A stretch of DNA of 64,000 nucleotides from Mustelus asterias. Taxonomy: Eukaryota. The notes beneath the pieces are model-generated. The model made no database searches. It was not told the DNA's origin and worked only from the letters and a program-made list of their open reading frames with translations. The stretch's first letter is position 1, and every line of letters starts with the position of its first letter. The stretch spans positions 97,092,001-97,156,000 of the forward strand of contig NC_135811.1 in NCBI RefSeq assembly GCF_964213995.1, read 5' to 3'. A program made the position numbers and the translations under genes. Below, piece by piece: positions 11,575-25,152 of this stretch.

Positions 11575-12225
11575 TCATTTTCCATCCTCCTCATTTCTCT
11601 TCTCATCTTTTCCACTCTGCTGTTTCTCTGCCTCTTGCTCAGGATTTAGCCGGGGAGTGGTTGTTGTCTCAGGGGTGATGTTGACGGGCACGGTTCGTTC
11701 ATTCACAGTTGGCAGTGCCAGGCGTGGGGCTTGAACCTTTAACCGACCGTCCTGTGACAAACAGCAGTTAAGAGCTTCAGCATCGACATCTTCAGGCAGC
11801 TGAAATTCTCTCCTGAACTCTTCATATTTGTAGCTGTAAGAGCCGCTGCCATCATCGCTTTTCTTCTCGTGTTTTCCCGTCACCAGCACTTTCCTTCCAA
11901 GTACTTTCACCTTCAGTTCTTCTGGGGAGAATCGCTGCACATCCAGGGACAGCGAAAAGCCGTCTCCATCCTTGTCCCCTGATTGTCTTTTACCTTCTTC
12001 ATTATCTTCAGCTCCCTTGTCCTGATTTCTTGACTTTTCCTCCCAAAATTCTTTTGCCAGCTCCTCAAGAACTCGATCCAGGAAGTTCATGCTCTTTCTC
12101 GCTTCTTCCACCTGATTCCACATGTTGCATCCAAGCGGTTCCCAGAGCCTGTGTGGAACAGGCCACAATGTGTACACAGGCTGCTGGCACTGACGTGAAG
12201 GATGGAAAGGCCGAAGGCTCAGCAT
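11575..12225 (-). CDS. hsp30: HSP30/HSPB9-like, copy 2 (216 aa)
   Basis: Near-identical to copy 1; ATG at 12225; intact alpha-crystallin domain. Confidence 0.92.
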   Translation of the reverse strand: MLSLRPFHPSRQCQQPVYTLWPVPHRLWEPLGCNMWNQVEEARKSMNFLDRVLEELAKEFWEEKSRNQDKGAEDNEEGKRQSGDKDGDGFSLSLDVQRFSPEELKVKVLGRKVLVTGKHEKKSDDGSGSYSYKYEEFRREFQLPEDVDAEALNCCLSQDGRLKVQAPRLALPTVNERTVPVNITPETTTTPRLNPEQEAEKQQSGKDEKRNEEDGK

Positions 12226-12318
12226 TGTCTCTGCCTCTTCTCTCACTTCTCTCAAAGCCACTGATGTGAACTCCCAGTCTTCAGTCTCTGATCTGCTGCA
12301 GCACTCGGAACACACGCC

Positions 12319-12486
12319 TTATATATTCTAGTGGCAGAAACCCAGACACTTCCAGAATGAACTCAACTTTGCTGGGTTTCTGACAGGGGAGCTGAAAATA
12401 AATGATGTCTCATCTCAGCCTTGACTGAAAGGAGAATGAGTCGACTCAGTGACAGCCACTGGAGCCATTCCAGAGACTTCTGGAAT
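12319..12486 (-). promoter_or_regulatory. Heat-shock promoter of copy 2
   Basis: TATA at 12319-12325; proximal HSE at ~12344-12358; distal HSE attccagagacttctggaat at 12467-12486. Confidence 0.85.
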
Positions 12487-14198
12487 GTACTCAGCCAGTG
12501 ACAGGCCAGATGGGAGGAGCAATGTTAATGATTGACAGGCGAGCAGCAGGCAGCCTGTGCAGGAAGGTGAGATTCTTTATGAACTGGGACTGTTTCAGTG
12601 AATGAAGTAGAAACTGATATTATGAGAGAATGAGGGGTGGCTCTTTGTCTTTCTAGTTTTGTTCTTTTCATTGACGTTGAAGATGTTAATGTGATATTGA
12701 GCAGAGGGAGAAGGAGTGAAATTCCAATCAGTTTGGTTGAGGTGAAGTGAAGTTCTGATTCTATCCCACAGAGAGGCATTAGTTCCCTTGTAAGAATGCT
12801 AATATGTATTTATAATTCAAACAGTTACAAATAAAGCTGCTGTTCCATTTATAATTACCTGTTGTCCGTTATGTGTTTTGATCTGAGATTTGCTAATCTA
12901 AAATCAATAATAAGTTGTCGATAAATCTAGTATCGCTCCTGAGAAGGAGGCCATTCGGCCCATCATGCCTGTGTCAGCTCTTTGAAAGTGCGATTCAATA
13001 ACTTCCAAATTTCCTGCTCTTTCTCCAAAGCTCTGCAAATTATTTCTTTGCAATCCCAATTTGAAAGTTGTCATTCAGTCTCCCCTTTCACATTTTCCAT
13101 TCCAGGAACAAAGAAACAGCACAAATGAAAACTGTTTGTGTTCCCTCTGGTCTCTCCACTGAGAACATCAACATTGACAACATATTCGTCATCGAATGCA
13201 GCACTGTTTCCATTTTCTGTGCTGTTAAATTAATAAAAATGGAGGCGCTGCCATTAATGTTGTTGCAAAGATCCCAACATCAGAACTTCCTCAATTGGTA
13301 AATTAGAGATTCCGTCACACACAAGAGTCTCCTGTGAACTGCAGCTTAAATCTTTATTCTCAGGTGTGTTTTGGAATCATTGCAATTAAATAGATTCCAG
13401 AATTAATATAAATAGTTTGTCAGAATTTATGTTTTTGAACCATTTAATATTTAAACCAATGGATAAGCTGTGGCATTGTTCATGTATTCCGCATTGTGTG
13501 ATACGATTGTCGATGTTTCCCACTGTCCAGCATCAACCTAAACACACGAGCTGTTTGTCTGTCAGTGTAATACAGTAAATGAACTGGAGGAATATAACTG
13601 CTGACTGACACTGTGAGAAATATTACACACCACACTGATAATGTGAGATATTGATCCCTTATTGAAACTTGTCAGATTCTTTGGGCTTTGACAGGATGGA
13701 TGCTGAGAGGATGTTTCCCCCTCGTGATTAAAGCAAGAGATAATGGGCTGTTTAAATGAAGAGGTCTCCCATTCAAGATGAAGATTCAGAGAAATGTCTT
13801 CTCTCGGACGGAGGACAGTGTTTGGAATTCTCTTCCACAGCGAGCAGTGGAGGTTGGGTCATTGAACACGTTCAAGGCTGTCAGACAGATTTCTGATTGA
13901 CAATCGGGTCAAAGGTTATGGGGAGCAGGCAGGAAGATAGAGTTAACGTCACATTCAGGGTGACCATGATCTTATTGAATGGCAAAGGAACTTTGGTTTA
14001 CCGAATGGTCTTCACTTGCTCCTATTCCCCATGTGTTTGTGTACAATGTACAGGATCACTAATATTACTCAACTTAAAATTTATGAATATTATTTACATT
14101 CCTGGAAACATAATTTATTTCCCAGTTGCTTATTTCAAACGGGTAACCCCCAGTAAATGAGTGGTCTCTAGTCTGGTATGTGTGTGCTGGAAGTCAAG

Positions 14199-15092
14199 GG
14201 GCGCAATTTTACCACCTCACCGCACCCAACGAACAGCACAGCGAGGCGGGATATTGCGTGCCAAGCCAACAGTCTGATTCACACCCGGCGCAAAACAGTT
14301 GCTAAATTTCCGTCCCCTTTCTAACAGTGTGAAACAGCATGCATCACCCTTTGAAATCTCAGCCCAGACAATTTATCAGCCTTTGAGTTCGGCACCATTA
14401 GGGCATGAATTGCTCCAGGTCGCCATTGAAGACCTCGGCATTAGTTGGGGGCATGGCGGATCTGTGCCTATCTCTCTGTGCCCACCAGACACCTTGCTCG
14501 TACCCACCAGGCACGCCAGCTGTGGCCAGCAGGCACCCTGGTGGCCCCAGTTGGGCACCTCCAGGGTGCTAGATGGGCGCCACCTGTGTATCATTTCGTA
14601 CATCCAGTGTGCCAGTTGGTCAATGTCAGTGTGGCAGGAGCAGTGCCAGTGGGTGGGGCCTGGGGGGCAGCCATGATAAGGGACTTGCGAACAGGTTTGT
14701 GCAGGGGTGGATTGAGGATGGGGTCATGCATGTTAGGGGTACAGAGGGGCACACAGCAGGAGGGCCCTGATGGCCTCATGTCGAACTGGGGAAACATGCC
14801 ACCAATGCGGGGGTGAGGGGGGTGGGCGGGGTGTGTTCAGAGGGGGGCTGGTCTCAATGTCTATGGGGGGTTGGAGGGCGTCTTCTAGTGCAGTGCGAGA
14901 TCAGGACGCTCTTGCGAAATGGGGTTTGAATTCTCTGTGACCAGATCACCGGCACATTTATGCCCTGCCTCCCCCGTATCAGCGCGCAGCTCAGCACTCT
15001 CCAAAAAAGGGATTCAGTTTGGGACGTTTGCGGTGTGGAGTGCGCCGAACACTATTATTCTCACCGAGTCTGATTTTGGGAAAATTGTGCCC
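14199..15092. mobile_element. Non-autonomous TIR DNA transposon (PIF/Harbinger-like)
   Basis: gggcgcaatttt at 14199-14210 and aaaattgtgccc at 15081-15092 form an 11/12 inverted repeat; GC-rich, non-coding interior. Confidence 0.6.
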
Positions 15093-15558
15093 GAGCTGTT
15101 GTTGCTGCTGACTGTGAGGCTGCAGGGGAATACCGAGATGTTGGCCCACTGGCTCTGTACAATAGTTTGATATATCTGTTCATCAACTAAATTCCATTTC
15201 AGACAAATCGCGACACCGAGAATTCTTGCTCTGGGTTTAAAGTTGTATAAAATGCTTTATTTTTACTGAATGTAAAGGAAGTAAGTATCTAGTTTTCAGT
15301 TGTTTAACATCAATTTCTTTTTATGAAGTAACAAAGCTGAATCATCATCATTTTATTCAAAAGTATTTATTGTTCCAATATACACAGATATATGGAAATA
15401 ATTCCCAGGAATGCTGAGAACATCACACTATTGACATACAAACTGGAAACAATTAATTTGCAGCATTGTGCCTTCATATCATGGTCTCAGAAACACATTT
15501 CTCTGTATAATCCATTCTTACACCTTACAACAGTTCACTGGAAATGAGTTTTAATTCT

Positions 15559-16209
15559 TCATTTTCCATCCTCCTCATTTCTCTTCTCATCTTTTTCACT
15601 TTGCTGTTTCTCTGCCTCTTGCTCAGGATTTAGCCGGGGAGTGGTTGTTGTCTCAGGGGTGATGTTGACGGGCACGGTTCGTTCATTCACAGTTGGCAGT
15701 GCCAGGCGTGGGGCTTGAACCTTTAACCGACCGTCCTGTGACAAACAGCAGTTAAGAGCTTCAGCATCGACATCTTCAGGCAGCTGAAATTCTCTCCTGA
15801 ACTCTTCATATTTGTAGCTGTAAGAGCCGCTGCCATCATCGCTTTTCTTCTCGTGTTTTCCCGTCACCAGCACTTTTCTTCCAAGTACTTTCACCTTCAG
15901 TTCTTCTGGGGAGAATCGCTGCACATCCAGGGACAGAGAAAAGCCATCTCCATCCTTGTCCCCTGATTGTCTTTTACCTTCTTCATTATCTTCAGCTCCC
16001 TTCTCCTGATTTCTTGACTTTTCCTCGCAAAATTCTTTTGCCAGCTCCTCAAGAACTCGATCCATGAAGTTCGTGCTCTTTCTCGCTTCTTCCACCTGAT
16101 TCCACATGTTGCATCCAAGCGGCTCCCAGAGCCTGTGTGGAACAGGCCACAATGTGTACACAGGCTGCTGGCACTGACGTGAAGGGTGGAAAGGCCGAAG
16201 GCTCAGCAT
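15559..16209 (-). CDS. hsp30: HSP30/HSPB9-like, copy 3 (216 aa)
   Basis: Near-identical to copy 2; ATG at 16209. Confidence 0.92.
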   Translation of the reverse strand: MLSLRPFHPSRQCQQPVYTLWPVPHRLWEPLGCNMWNQVEEARKSTNFMDRVLEELAKEFCEEKSRNQEKGAEDNEEGKRQSGDKDGDGFSLSLDVQRFSPEELKVKVLGRKVLVTGKHEKKSDDGSGSYSYKYEEFRREFQLPEDVDAEALNCCLSQDGRLKVQAPRLALPTVNERTVPVNITPETTTTPRLNPEQEAEKQQSEKDEKRNEEDGK

Positions 16210-16302
16210 TGTCTCTGCCTCTTCTCTCACTTCTCTCAAAGCCACTGATGTGAACTCCCAGTCTTCAGTCTCTGATCTGCTGCAGCACTCGGAACACACG
16301 CC

Positions 16303-16470
16303 TTATATATTCTAGTGGCAGAAACCCAGACACTTCCAGAATGAACTCAACTTTGCTGGGTTTCTGACAGGTGAACTGAAAATAAATGAAGTCTCATCTC
16401 AGCCTTGACTGAAAGGAGAATGAGTCGACTCAGTGACAGCCACTGGAGCCATTCCAGAGACTTCTGGAAT
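16303..16470 (-). promoter_or_regulatory. Heat-shock promoter of copy 3
   Basis: TATA at 16303-16309; distal HSE at 16451-16470. Confidence 0.85.
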
Positions 16471-17420
16471 GTACTCAGCCAGTAACAGCACAGATGGGAG
16501 GAGCAATGTTAATGATTGACAGGCGAGCAGCAGGCAGCCTGTGCAGGAAGGTGAGATTCTTTATGAACTGGGAGTGTTTCAGTGAATGAAATAGAAACTG
16601 ATATTATGAGAGAATGCTTTTCATTGATGTTGAAGATGTTAATATGATATTGAGCAGAGTGAGAAGGAGTGAAATTCCAATCAGTTTGATTCAGGTGAAG
16701 TGAAGTTCTGATTCTATCCCACAGAGAGGCATTAGTTCCCTTGTGAGAATGATAATACATATTTAAAATTCAGATAGTTACAAATAAACTGCTGTTCCAC
16801 TTATAATTACCTGTTGTCAGTTAAGGGCTTTGGTCTGAGATTTGCTAATTTAAAATCAATAATACGTTGTTGATAAGTCTAGTATCTCTGCTCAGAACGA
16901 GGCCATTCAGCCCATCATGCCTGTGTCAGCTCTTTGGAGAAAGAGCAGGAGATTTGGGAGTGATTGAATCAATCACTCCCAAATCTCCTGCTCTTTCTCC
17001 AAAGCTCTGCAAATTATTTCTTTGCAATCCCAATTTGAAAGTTGTCATTCAATCTCCCCTTTCACATTTTCCATTCCAGGAACAACAAAACAACACAAAT
17101 GAAAACTGTTTGTCTTCCCTCTGGTCTCTTCACTGAGAACATCAACATTGACAACATATTCATCATCAAATGGAGCAATGTTTCCATTTTCTGTGTTGTT
17201 AAATTAATAAAAATGGAGGCGCTCCCATTAATGTTGTTGCAAAGATCCCAACATCAGAACTTCCTCAATTGGTAAATTAGAGATTCCGTCACACACAAGA
17301 GTCTCCTGTGAACTGCACCTTAAATCTTTATTCTCAGGTGTGTTTTGGTAGCATTGCAACTAAGTAGATTCCAGGTTTAATTTAAATTATTTGTCTCAAT
17401 GTACCTTTGGGAACCATTTA

Positions 17421-17748
17421 GGGCCCCACGGTGACGCAGTGGTTTGCACTGCTGCCTCACAGCACCAGGGATCTGGTTTTGATTCCCGGCTTGGGTTGCT
17501 GTCCGTGTGAAGTTTGTACATTCTCCCCATGTCTGCGTGGGTTTCCTCCGCCTGCTCCAGTTTCCTCCCAGAGTCCAAAGATGCGTGGGTTAATTAGATT
17601 GGCCATGCTAAATTGCCCCTTAGTGCCAGGGGAACTAGTTCGGGTAAATGCATGGAGCTATAGGAAAAGGGCCAGGATAGGATTATGATCGTTGCAGACT
17701 CAATGGGCCAAATGGCCTCCTTCTGAAATGTAGGATCCGATGATTCTA
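17421..17748 (+). mobile_element. tRNA-derived SINE, tail type A
   Basis: SINE head and core; absent from the paralogous position at ~13440. Confidence 0.8.
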
Positions 17749-18356
17749 TTTAATATTTAAACGAATGGATAAGCTGTGGCATTGCTCATGTATTCCACAT
17801 CGTGTGATACGATTGTCGATGTTTCCCACTGTCCAGCATCAACCTAAACACACGAGCTGTTTGTCTGTCAGTGTAATACAGGAAATGAACTGGAGGAATA
17901 TAACTGCTGACTGACACTGTGAGAAATATTACACACCACACTGATAATGTGAGATATTGATCCCTTATTGAAACTTGTCAGATTCTTTGGGCTTTGACAG
18001 GATGGATGCTGAGAGGACGTTTCCCCCTCATGGTTAAAGCAAGAACTAATGGGCTGTTTAAATGAAGAGGTCTCCCATTCAAGATGAAGATTCAGAGAAA
18101 TGTCTTCTCTCGGACGGAGGTCAGTGTTTGGAATTCTCTTCCACAGCGAGCAGTGGAGGTTGGGTCATTGAACACGTTCAAGGCTGTCAGACAGATTTCT
18201 GATTGACAATCGGGTCAAAGGTTATGGGGAGCAGGCAGGAAGATGGAGTTAACGTCACATTCAGGGTGACCATGATCTTATTGAATGGCGATTGGGACTC
18301 AATTTACCGAATGGTCTTCACTTGCTCCTATTCCCCATGTGTTTATGTACAATGTA

Positions 18357-19037
18357 CAGAGGGACCTAGGTGTGCAACTCCACAAATCCTTGAAGGTGGC
18401 AGCACAGGTGGAGAAGATGGTGAAGAAGGCATATTGTATGCTTGCCTTCATCGGATGGGGTATAGAGTATAAAAGCTGGAGTCTGATGTTGTAGCTGTAT
18501 AGAACGCTGGTTAGGCCACATTTGGAGTGCTGCGTCCAGTTCTAGATGCCACACTACCAGAAGGACGTGGAGGCTTTACAGAGAGAGTGCAGAGAAGGTT
18601 TACCAGGATGTTGCCTGGTATGGAGGGTCTTAGCTATGAGGAGAGATTGGGTAAACTGGTCTTGTTCTCCCTGGAAAGACGGAGAATGAGGGAAGACCTA
18701 ATAGAGCTGTACGAAATTATGAAGGGTATAGATAGGGTGAACAATGGGAAGCTTTTTCCCAGGTCGGAGGTGACGATCATGAAGGGTCATGGGCTCAAGG
18801 TGAGAGGGGCGAGGTACAACTCAGATATCAGAGGGGCGCTTTTTACACAGAGATGGTGGGGACCTGGAATGCGCTGCCAAGTAGGATGGTGGAGGCAGAC
18901 ACGCTGGCATCGTTTAAGACTTACCTGGATAGTCACATGAGCAGTCTGGGAATGGAGGGATAGTTGGACCAATGAGCGGCACAGGCTTGGAGGGCCGAAG
19001 GGCCTGTTTCCTGTGCTGAACTGTTCTTTGTTCTTTG
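18357..19037 (+). mobile_element. CR1-type LINE 3' fragment with (TTCTTTG)n tail
   Basis: RDLGVQ...KKAY..LAFI...ERVQRRFTRMLPGM; absent from the paralogous position at ~14053. Confidence 0.85.
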
Positions 19038-19204
19038 TATCAGTAATATTATTCAGCTGAACATTTATAAACATTATTTACAATCCTGGAAACATGGTCT
19101 ATTTCCAAGTTGTTTATTTCAGACGGGTAACCCCAATGAAAGAGGTTTCCACTGCCCAGTAAATGAGTGGTGTCTGGTCTGGTGTGTGTGTGTTGGATGA
19201 AATG

Positions 19205-20238
19205 GGGCACGATTTTACCACCTCACTGTGCCCGACGATCAGCATGGTGAGCTGGGATACAGCGTGCCAAGCTAACAATCATGCCTGGCGCAAAACAGGT
19301 TGCGATCATCGTGGCCCCTTTCTAATGCTGTGAAATAGCATGCATCCCTCCGTTCAAATGCCAGGCCAGAAAATAAATCTCCCAGCCTTTGAGTGCGATG
19401 CCACCAGGGCATGAATTGCCACAGCTAAAAAATAAAGTTTATTTATGAGTCACAAATAGACTCACATGAACGCTGCAATGAAGTCACTGTGAACATACCC
19501 TCATCGCCACACTCCGGTGCCTGTTCCAGTGCACTGAGGGAGAATTTAGCATGGTCAATGCGCTTATCCAGCACGTCTTTCTGACTGTAGGAGGAAACTG
19601 GAGCACCCAGAGGAAGCCCACGCAGACATGGGGTAAATGTGCAAACTCCGCACAGACACTGACCCAAGCCGGGGATCGAATCCAGCTCCTTGGCACTGTG
19701 AGGCAGCAGCTCTCCCTGTGGTGGGGGCTTGGGAGCAATTGAAGACCCTTGCGCTTGTTGGGGGCATGGGTTAGCAGTGCCTATGTGGCTGTGCCCACTG
19801 GATACCTTGTCACTGCCCATCAGGCAACCTGGTGGTGCCGGTTGGGCACTGCCAGGGTGCCAGATAGGCATTGCCGGTGTATCATTTGAGTACCGCCAGT
19901 GTGCCAGTTGGACATTGCCAGTGTGGCAGGAGCAGTGCCAGAAGGGTGGGGCCTGGGTGGGGCCATGACAAGGGTCTTGCATGGAGGTTTGTGTAGGGGT
20001 TGATTGGGGATGGGGTCATGCTGGGGGTGGTACATCGGGGGTACCGCAGGGGCACACATCAGGATGGCCTGATGTGGTCAGCCCATTTCAGATCACCAAC
20101 ACATTGAGGCTCGGCCTCCCCCATACGGGCACCGACTCAGCATTCTCCAAAAAAGGGATTCAGTTTGGGACGTTTGCGGTGTGGAGTGCGCTGGACTCGA
20201 TTATTCTCACCGAGTCTGATTTTGGGAAAATTGTGCCC
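19205..20238. mobile_element. Paralogous copy of the TIR element, with an internal SINE (19430-19710, minus)
   Basis: gggcacgatttt ... aaaattgtgccc termini; colinear with 14199-15092. Confidence 0.6.
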
Positions 20239-20704
20239 AAGCTGTTGTTGCTGCTGACTGTGAGGCTGCAGAGGAATACCGAGATGTTGGCCCACTGGCT
20301 CTGTACAATAGTTTGATATATCTGTTCATCAACTAAATTCCATTTCGAACAAATCGCGGCACAGAGAATTCTTGCTCTGGGTTTTAAGTTGGATAAAATG
20401 TATTTTTTTAACTGAGTGTAAAGAAAGTAAGTTTATAGTTTTCAGTTGTTTAACATCAATTTCTTTTTATCAAGTAACAAAGCTGAATCATCATCATTTT
20501 ATTCAAAAGTATTTATTGTTCCAATATACACAGATATATGGAAATAATTCCCAGAAATGCTGAGAACATCACGCTATTGACATACAAACTGGAAACAATT
20601 AATTTGCAGCATTGTGCCTTCATATCATGGTCTCAGAAACACATTTCTCTGTATAATCCATTCTTACACCTTACAACAGTTCACTGGAAATGAGTTTTAA
20701 TTCT

Positions 20705-21355
20705 TCATTTTCCATCCTCCTCATTTCTCTTCTCATCTTTTCCACTCTGCTGTTTCTCTGCCTCTTGCTCAGGATTTAGCCGGGGAGTGGTTGTTGTCTC
20801 AGGGGTGATGTTGACGGGCACGGTTCGTTCATTCACAGGTGGCAGTGCCAGGCGTGGGGCTTGAACCTTTAACCGACCGTCCTGTGACAAACAGCAGTTA
20901 AGAGCTTCAGCATCGACATCTTCAGGCAGCTGAAATTCTCTCCTGAACTCTTCATATTTGTAGCTGTAGGAGCCGCTGCCATCATCGCTTTTCTTCTCGT
21001 GTTTTCCTGTCACCAGCACTTTTCTTCCAAGTACTTTCACCTTCAGTTCTTCTGGGGAGAATCGCTGCACATCCAGGGACAGAGAAAACCCATCTCCATC
21101 CTTGTCCCCTGATTGTCTTTTACCTTCTTCATTATCTTCAGCTCTCTTGTCTTGATTCCTTGACTTGTCCTCACAAAATTCTTTTGCCAGCCCCTCAAGA
21201 ACTCGATCCATGAAGTTCATGCTCTTTCTCATTTCTTCCACCTGATTCCACATGTTGCATCCAAGCGGCTCCCAGAGCCTGTGTGGAACAGGCCACAATG
21301 TGTACACAGGCTGCTGGCACTGACGTGAAGGGTGGAAAGGCCGAAGGCTCAGCAT
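20705..21355 (-). CDS. hsp30: HSP30/HSPB9-like, copy 4 (216 aa)
   Basis: Near-identical to copies 2 and 3; ATG at 21355. Confidence 0.92.
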   Translation of the reverse strand: MLSLRPFHPSRQCQQPVYTLWPVPHRLWEPLGCNMWNQVEEMRKSMNFMDRVLEGLAKEFCEDKSRNQDKRAEDNEEGKRQSGDKDGDGFSLSLDVQRFSPEELKVKVLGRKVLVTGKHEKKSDDGSGSYSYKYEEFRREFQLPEDVDAEALNCCLSQDGRLKVQAPRLALPPVNERTVPVNITPETTTTPRLNPEQEAEKQQSGKDEKRNEEDGK

Positions 21356-21448
21356 TGTCTCTGCCTCTTCTCTCACTTCTCTCAAAGCCACTGATGTGAA
21401 CTCCCAGTCTTCAGTCTCTGATCTGCTGCAGCACTCGGAACACACGCC

Positions 21449-21616
21449 TTATATATTCTAGTGGCAGAAACCCAGACACTTCCAGAATGAACTCAACTTT
21501 GCTGGGTTTCTGACAGGGGAGCTGAAAATAAATGATGTCTCATCTCAGCCTTGACTGAAAGGAGAATGAGTCGACTCAGTGACAGCCACTGGAGCCATTC
21601 CAGAGACTTCTGGAAT
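21449..21616 (-). promoter_or_regulatory. Heat-shock promoter of copy 4
   Basis: TATA at 21449-21455; distal HSE at 21597-21616. Confidence 0.85.
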
Positions 21617-22240
21617 GTACTCAGCCAGTGACAGCCCAGATGGGAGGAGCAATGTTAATGATTGACAGGCGAGCAGCAGGCAGCCTGTGCAGGAAGGTGA
21701 GATTCTTTATGAACTGGGAGTGTTTCAGTGAATGAAATAGAAACTGATATTATGAGAGAATGAGGGGTGGCTCTTTGTCTTTCTAGTTTTGCTCTTTTCA
21801 TTGATGTTGAAGATGTTAATGTGATATTGAGCAGAGGGAGAAGGAGTGAAATTCCAATCAGTTTGGTTTAGGTTAAGTGACAGTCTGATTGTATCACATT
21901 GAGGGGTATTAGTTGCCTGATAATTGTGTTAATAAATATTTAAATATTGAACAGATCCAATAAAGCTGGTGAATGCTTCATAATTATCAAAATCTGGTTA
22001 TATTTTCTAATTTCAGATTTGCAAATACAGAAAATTAATTCACAATATCTCAAGTAGCATTGTTTTGGAATCTTCAGATTATCCCACTCTTCTCTGTACG
22101 TAGAGTTACTGTTGTGGTCAAGGTTATAATGAAGATATCCTGTTTTGGGGAAGAAATGGGGTACACAAAGGACTGGGGAAAACCAACATGAAAGTGGAAA
22201 ACTATCGCTCATCTGAGCTAAACTAAACAAATTGTTTTTA

Positions 22241-22537
22241 AAGTTTATTTATTAATGTCATAAGTCGACTTACATTCACGCTGCAATGAAGTTACTGTGA
22301 TAATCCCCTCGTCTCCACACCCCGGCTCCTGTTCGGGTACACTGAGGGAGCATTTAGCATGGCCAATGCACTTAACCAGCATGTCTTTCGGACTATGGGA
22401 GGAGACCTGAGCATCCGGAGGAAACCCACGCAGACACGGGAAGAACGGGCAGACTTCACACAGACAGTGACCCAAGCCGGGAATCAAACCCGGGTCCCTG
22501 GCACTGTGAGGCAGCAGTGCTAACCACTCTGCCACCC
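22241..22537 (-). mobile_element. tRNA-derived SINE, tail type B
   Basis: Reverse-complement SINE head and core. Confidence 0.8.
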
Positions 22538-24917
22538 TAATCAGGTAATACATGTCAAAGGACTTAAAAAGAAAGTTATACATTCCTTAGGGAAGAATAA
22601 GGGAGACCTGGAAGCAAAAGCCATACTAGGTAAGCCACCAAGTTGTAAACATAGTTCAGCAGTTACTAGAGAAAAACTGTGAAAAATACAGATTTTGAAT
22701 GCCGACAATGAATGCCTTATTGTCTCAACTAAACCTGACCTCTGATACGAATATCTCACAAGCAAAAGAGAACCTTCAATGCCAAGACTGTGCTAATATA
22801 TATCACCTAAAATAAAGCAAACTTAACCTCGTCTGATGAAAGCCTGATCTTATAAGCTTTCAATCTAATGGAATTTAAAATGTCTTTAGTTTTATTTTGG
22901 AAAGTTATTTTGAAACTGCAATGATGTGATGTCAAAGCATTTTGGTCTTTTAAAAGTCCATGCATCTAATATCTACTGCAACTTTCATCCACCGAGTCTC
23001 TTAATTCATCGAAGAACTCAACCAGGTTTGTCGCACAACTTGCCTTTGACAAAGCCATGCTGGCTGTCCCTTATTAACCAATGCTTTCCCAAGAGACAAT
23101 TAATTTTGTCCTTGGCATTCATTGAACTTTCATTCAACTTTCTATCACCGGGACTGCTTACTTCAAACCAAGGGTATTGACTGCATCAGTGTTCCTGCTA
23201 CTAAACCCCTCTTTTAACTTCTTGTTACCTCTACTTTTATCTATTCTCCTGTTTATGGCCTCCCAGCCCTTAAACTCCGAATCATCCAAAAATCTACCAT
23301 GCATCTGACGCTACAAACCATTCGCTCATCACCATCATCCTTGCTGGCTGACACAGACTGCTTATTTCACAGAGCATTGCTCGCAAGATCCTTAAATTTG
23401 GTTCTCAAATTCCTGTGTGGCCTTGGCCCAATAGATCCCACATATTTCTGTCATTAGGCCATTGTTTCGTCTACTGTCTTCCCACCATTGAAAGCAGAAC
23501 CTGTAGCCAACTCATATAGCTCCCTCCCTAAGTTGTACTGACTCCTTATATCTTTCTCCTGTTTTTAAAATCCATGACAAAATTTACCATTTTTGATAAG
23601 CTTTCGGACACTCATGCACATCTCTACTGACCACTCCCTTTTCCCTTATCTATTATTTTATCTTGGGATGTGCCTTGTGGTGTTTATATGATGAATCCAC
23701 AATGAAAATGCAAGTTATACCTTCCCCTCACCACCTCTGTGAAATAGCAATTCAACAATAGCTTTTTTTAAATTCATTTATGGGACATGGGTGTCACTGG
23801 CTGGGCCAGCATTTATTGCCCATCCCTAGTTGTCCTTGATCAGAGGGCAGTTGAAAGTTAACCACATTGCTGTGGCTCTGGAGTCACATGTAGACCAGTC
23901 CAAGTAAGGACGGCAGATTTCCTTCCCTGAAGGACATTAGTGAACCAGGTGGGTTTTTCCGACACTCGACAATGGTTTCATGGTAGATTCTTAATTCCAG
24001 ATATTCTTAATTGAATTTGAATTCCACCATCTGCCGTGGCGGGATTCGAACCCAGGTCCTCAGAACATTAGCTGAGTTTCTGGACTAATAGTCTAATGAC
24101 GGTACCACTAGGCCATTGCCTCCCCTGGATGACAGAAGGCTCATTCTCCCTCCAATAAGGTTGCACTGGAGCCTAGACCTAATATTCTGCAAAACAAACT
24201 GTTGAAAGAATAATTGACATCTCTCTGATGTGACTGTATCTCTTCACTCTGTCAATAAAATCTCATGACTGATTTTGTTCGCAAAATGTGTGTTAGTTTG
24301 TGCTAGTGCTTTCAATATATTAATCTTACATATCTATTAACCTCCAATGTCATGCACATGAAGGAGTCACCATACACTCCAAATGGGCCAGAAGACAGTT
24401 CCAGGATTCTGAGCTAATTTCTTTCAAGTCACATGAGCAGGAATATGGTGCAATGAGTATTTGGCTGCTTGTGACATCACTTCAGATTCTGGAACTATGA
24501 GGCAACCACTTGGAAAATAAACATATAAGCTAGTCTTTGCTTCAGTCAGTACCCAGCTTTTCAGAAAACATTCCTGAAAATATGTGTAATGTCCCAACTA
24601 TGTTAAGGGTTGTGGGTTTCACACAACAAGAAAAGACGGGGTTTGCACGTGTAGATTCATACCAACACATCACAGGTTTTATTGAAAGAGATGTTCTCTG
24701 CACTGCACAGTGTACAAAACTGAGTGTAAAACAGCAGCCTCTGCAAACACCCTAATGACATCGCCATCAAATCATATGATCAGCTCTGAAAGCAACCACG
24801 CAATCTGTTTAAAAATATAACGATGTGGAGATGCCGGCGTTGGACTGGGGTAAACACAGTAAGAAGTTTAACAACACCAGGTTAAAGTCCAACAGGTTTA
24901 TTTGGTAGCAAAAGCCA

Positions 24918-24954
24918 CACAAGCTTTCGGAGCTCCAAGCCCCTTCTTCAGGTG
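24918..24954 (-). ncRNA. Minimal hammerhead ribozyme motif
   Basis: CAC-CUGAAGA-A-GGGGC-UUGGA-GCUCC-GAAA-GCU-U-GUG. Confidence 0.7.
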
Positions 24955-25152
24955 AGTGGGAATTCTATTCACAAACAGGGCATATAAAGACTCAGACTCA
25001 ATTTACATGAATCTTTGTAGAAACTTGATGTCCAAGTGGAGAGGATCTCCAAGAAGATCGCGCATATCGACACAGACATCAAGTTTCTACAAAGATTCAT
25101 GTAAATTGAGTCTGTGTCTTTATATGCCCTGTTTGTGAACAGAATTCCCACT

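Noticed and set aside
24390-24580. Scattered nTTCnnGAAn-like words and a TATAA-like word suggesting an orphan heat-shock promoter
   Set aside because: There is no clean three-unit HSE and no adjacent hsp30 homology.
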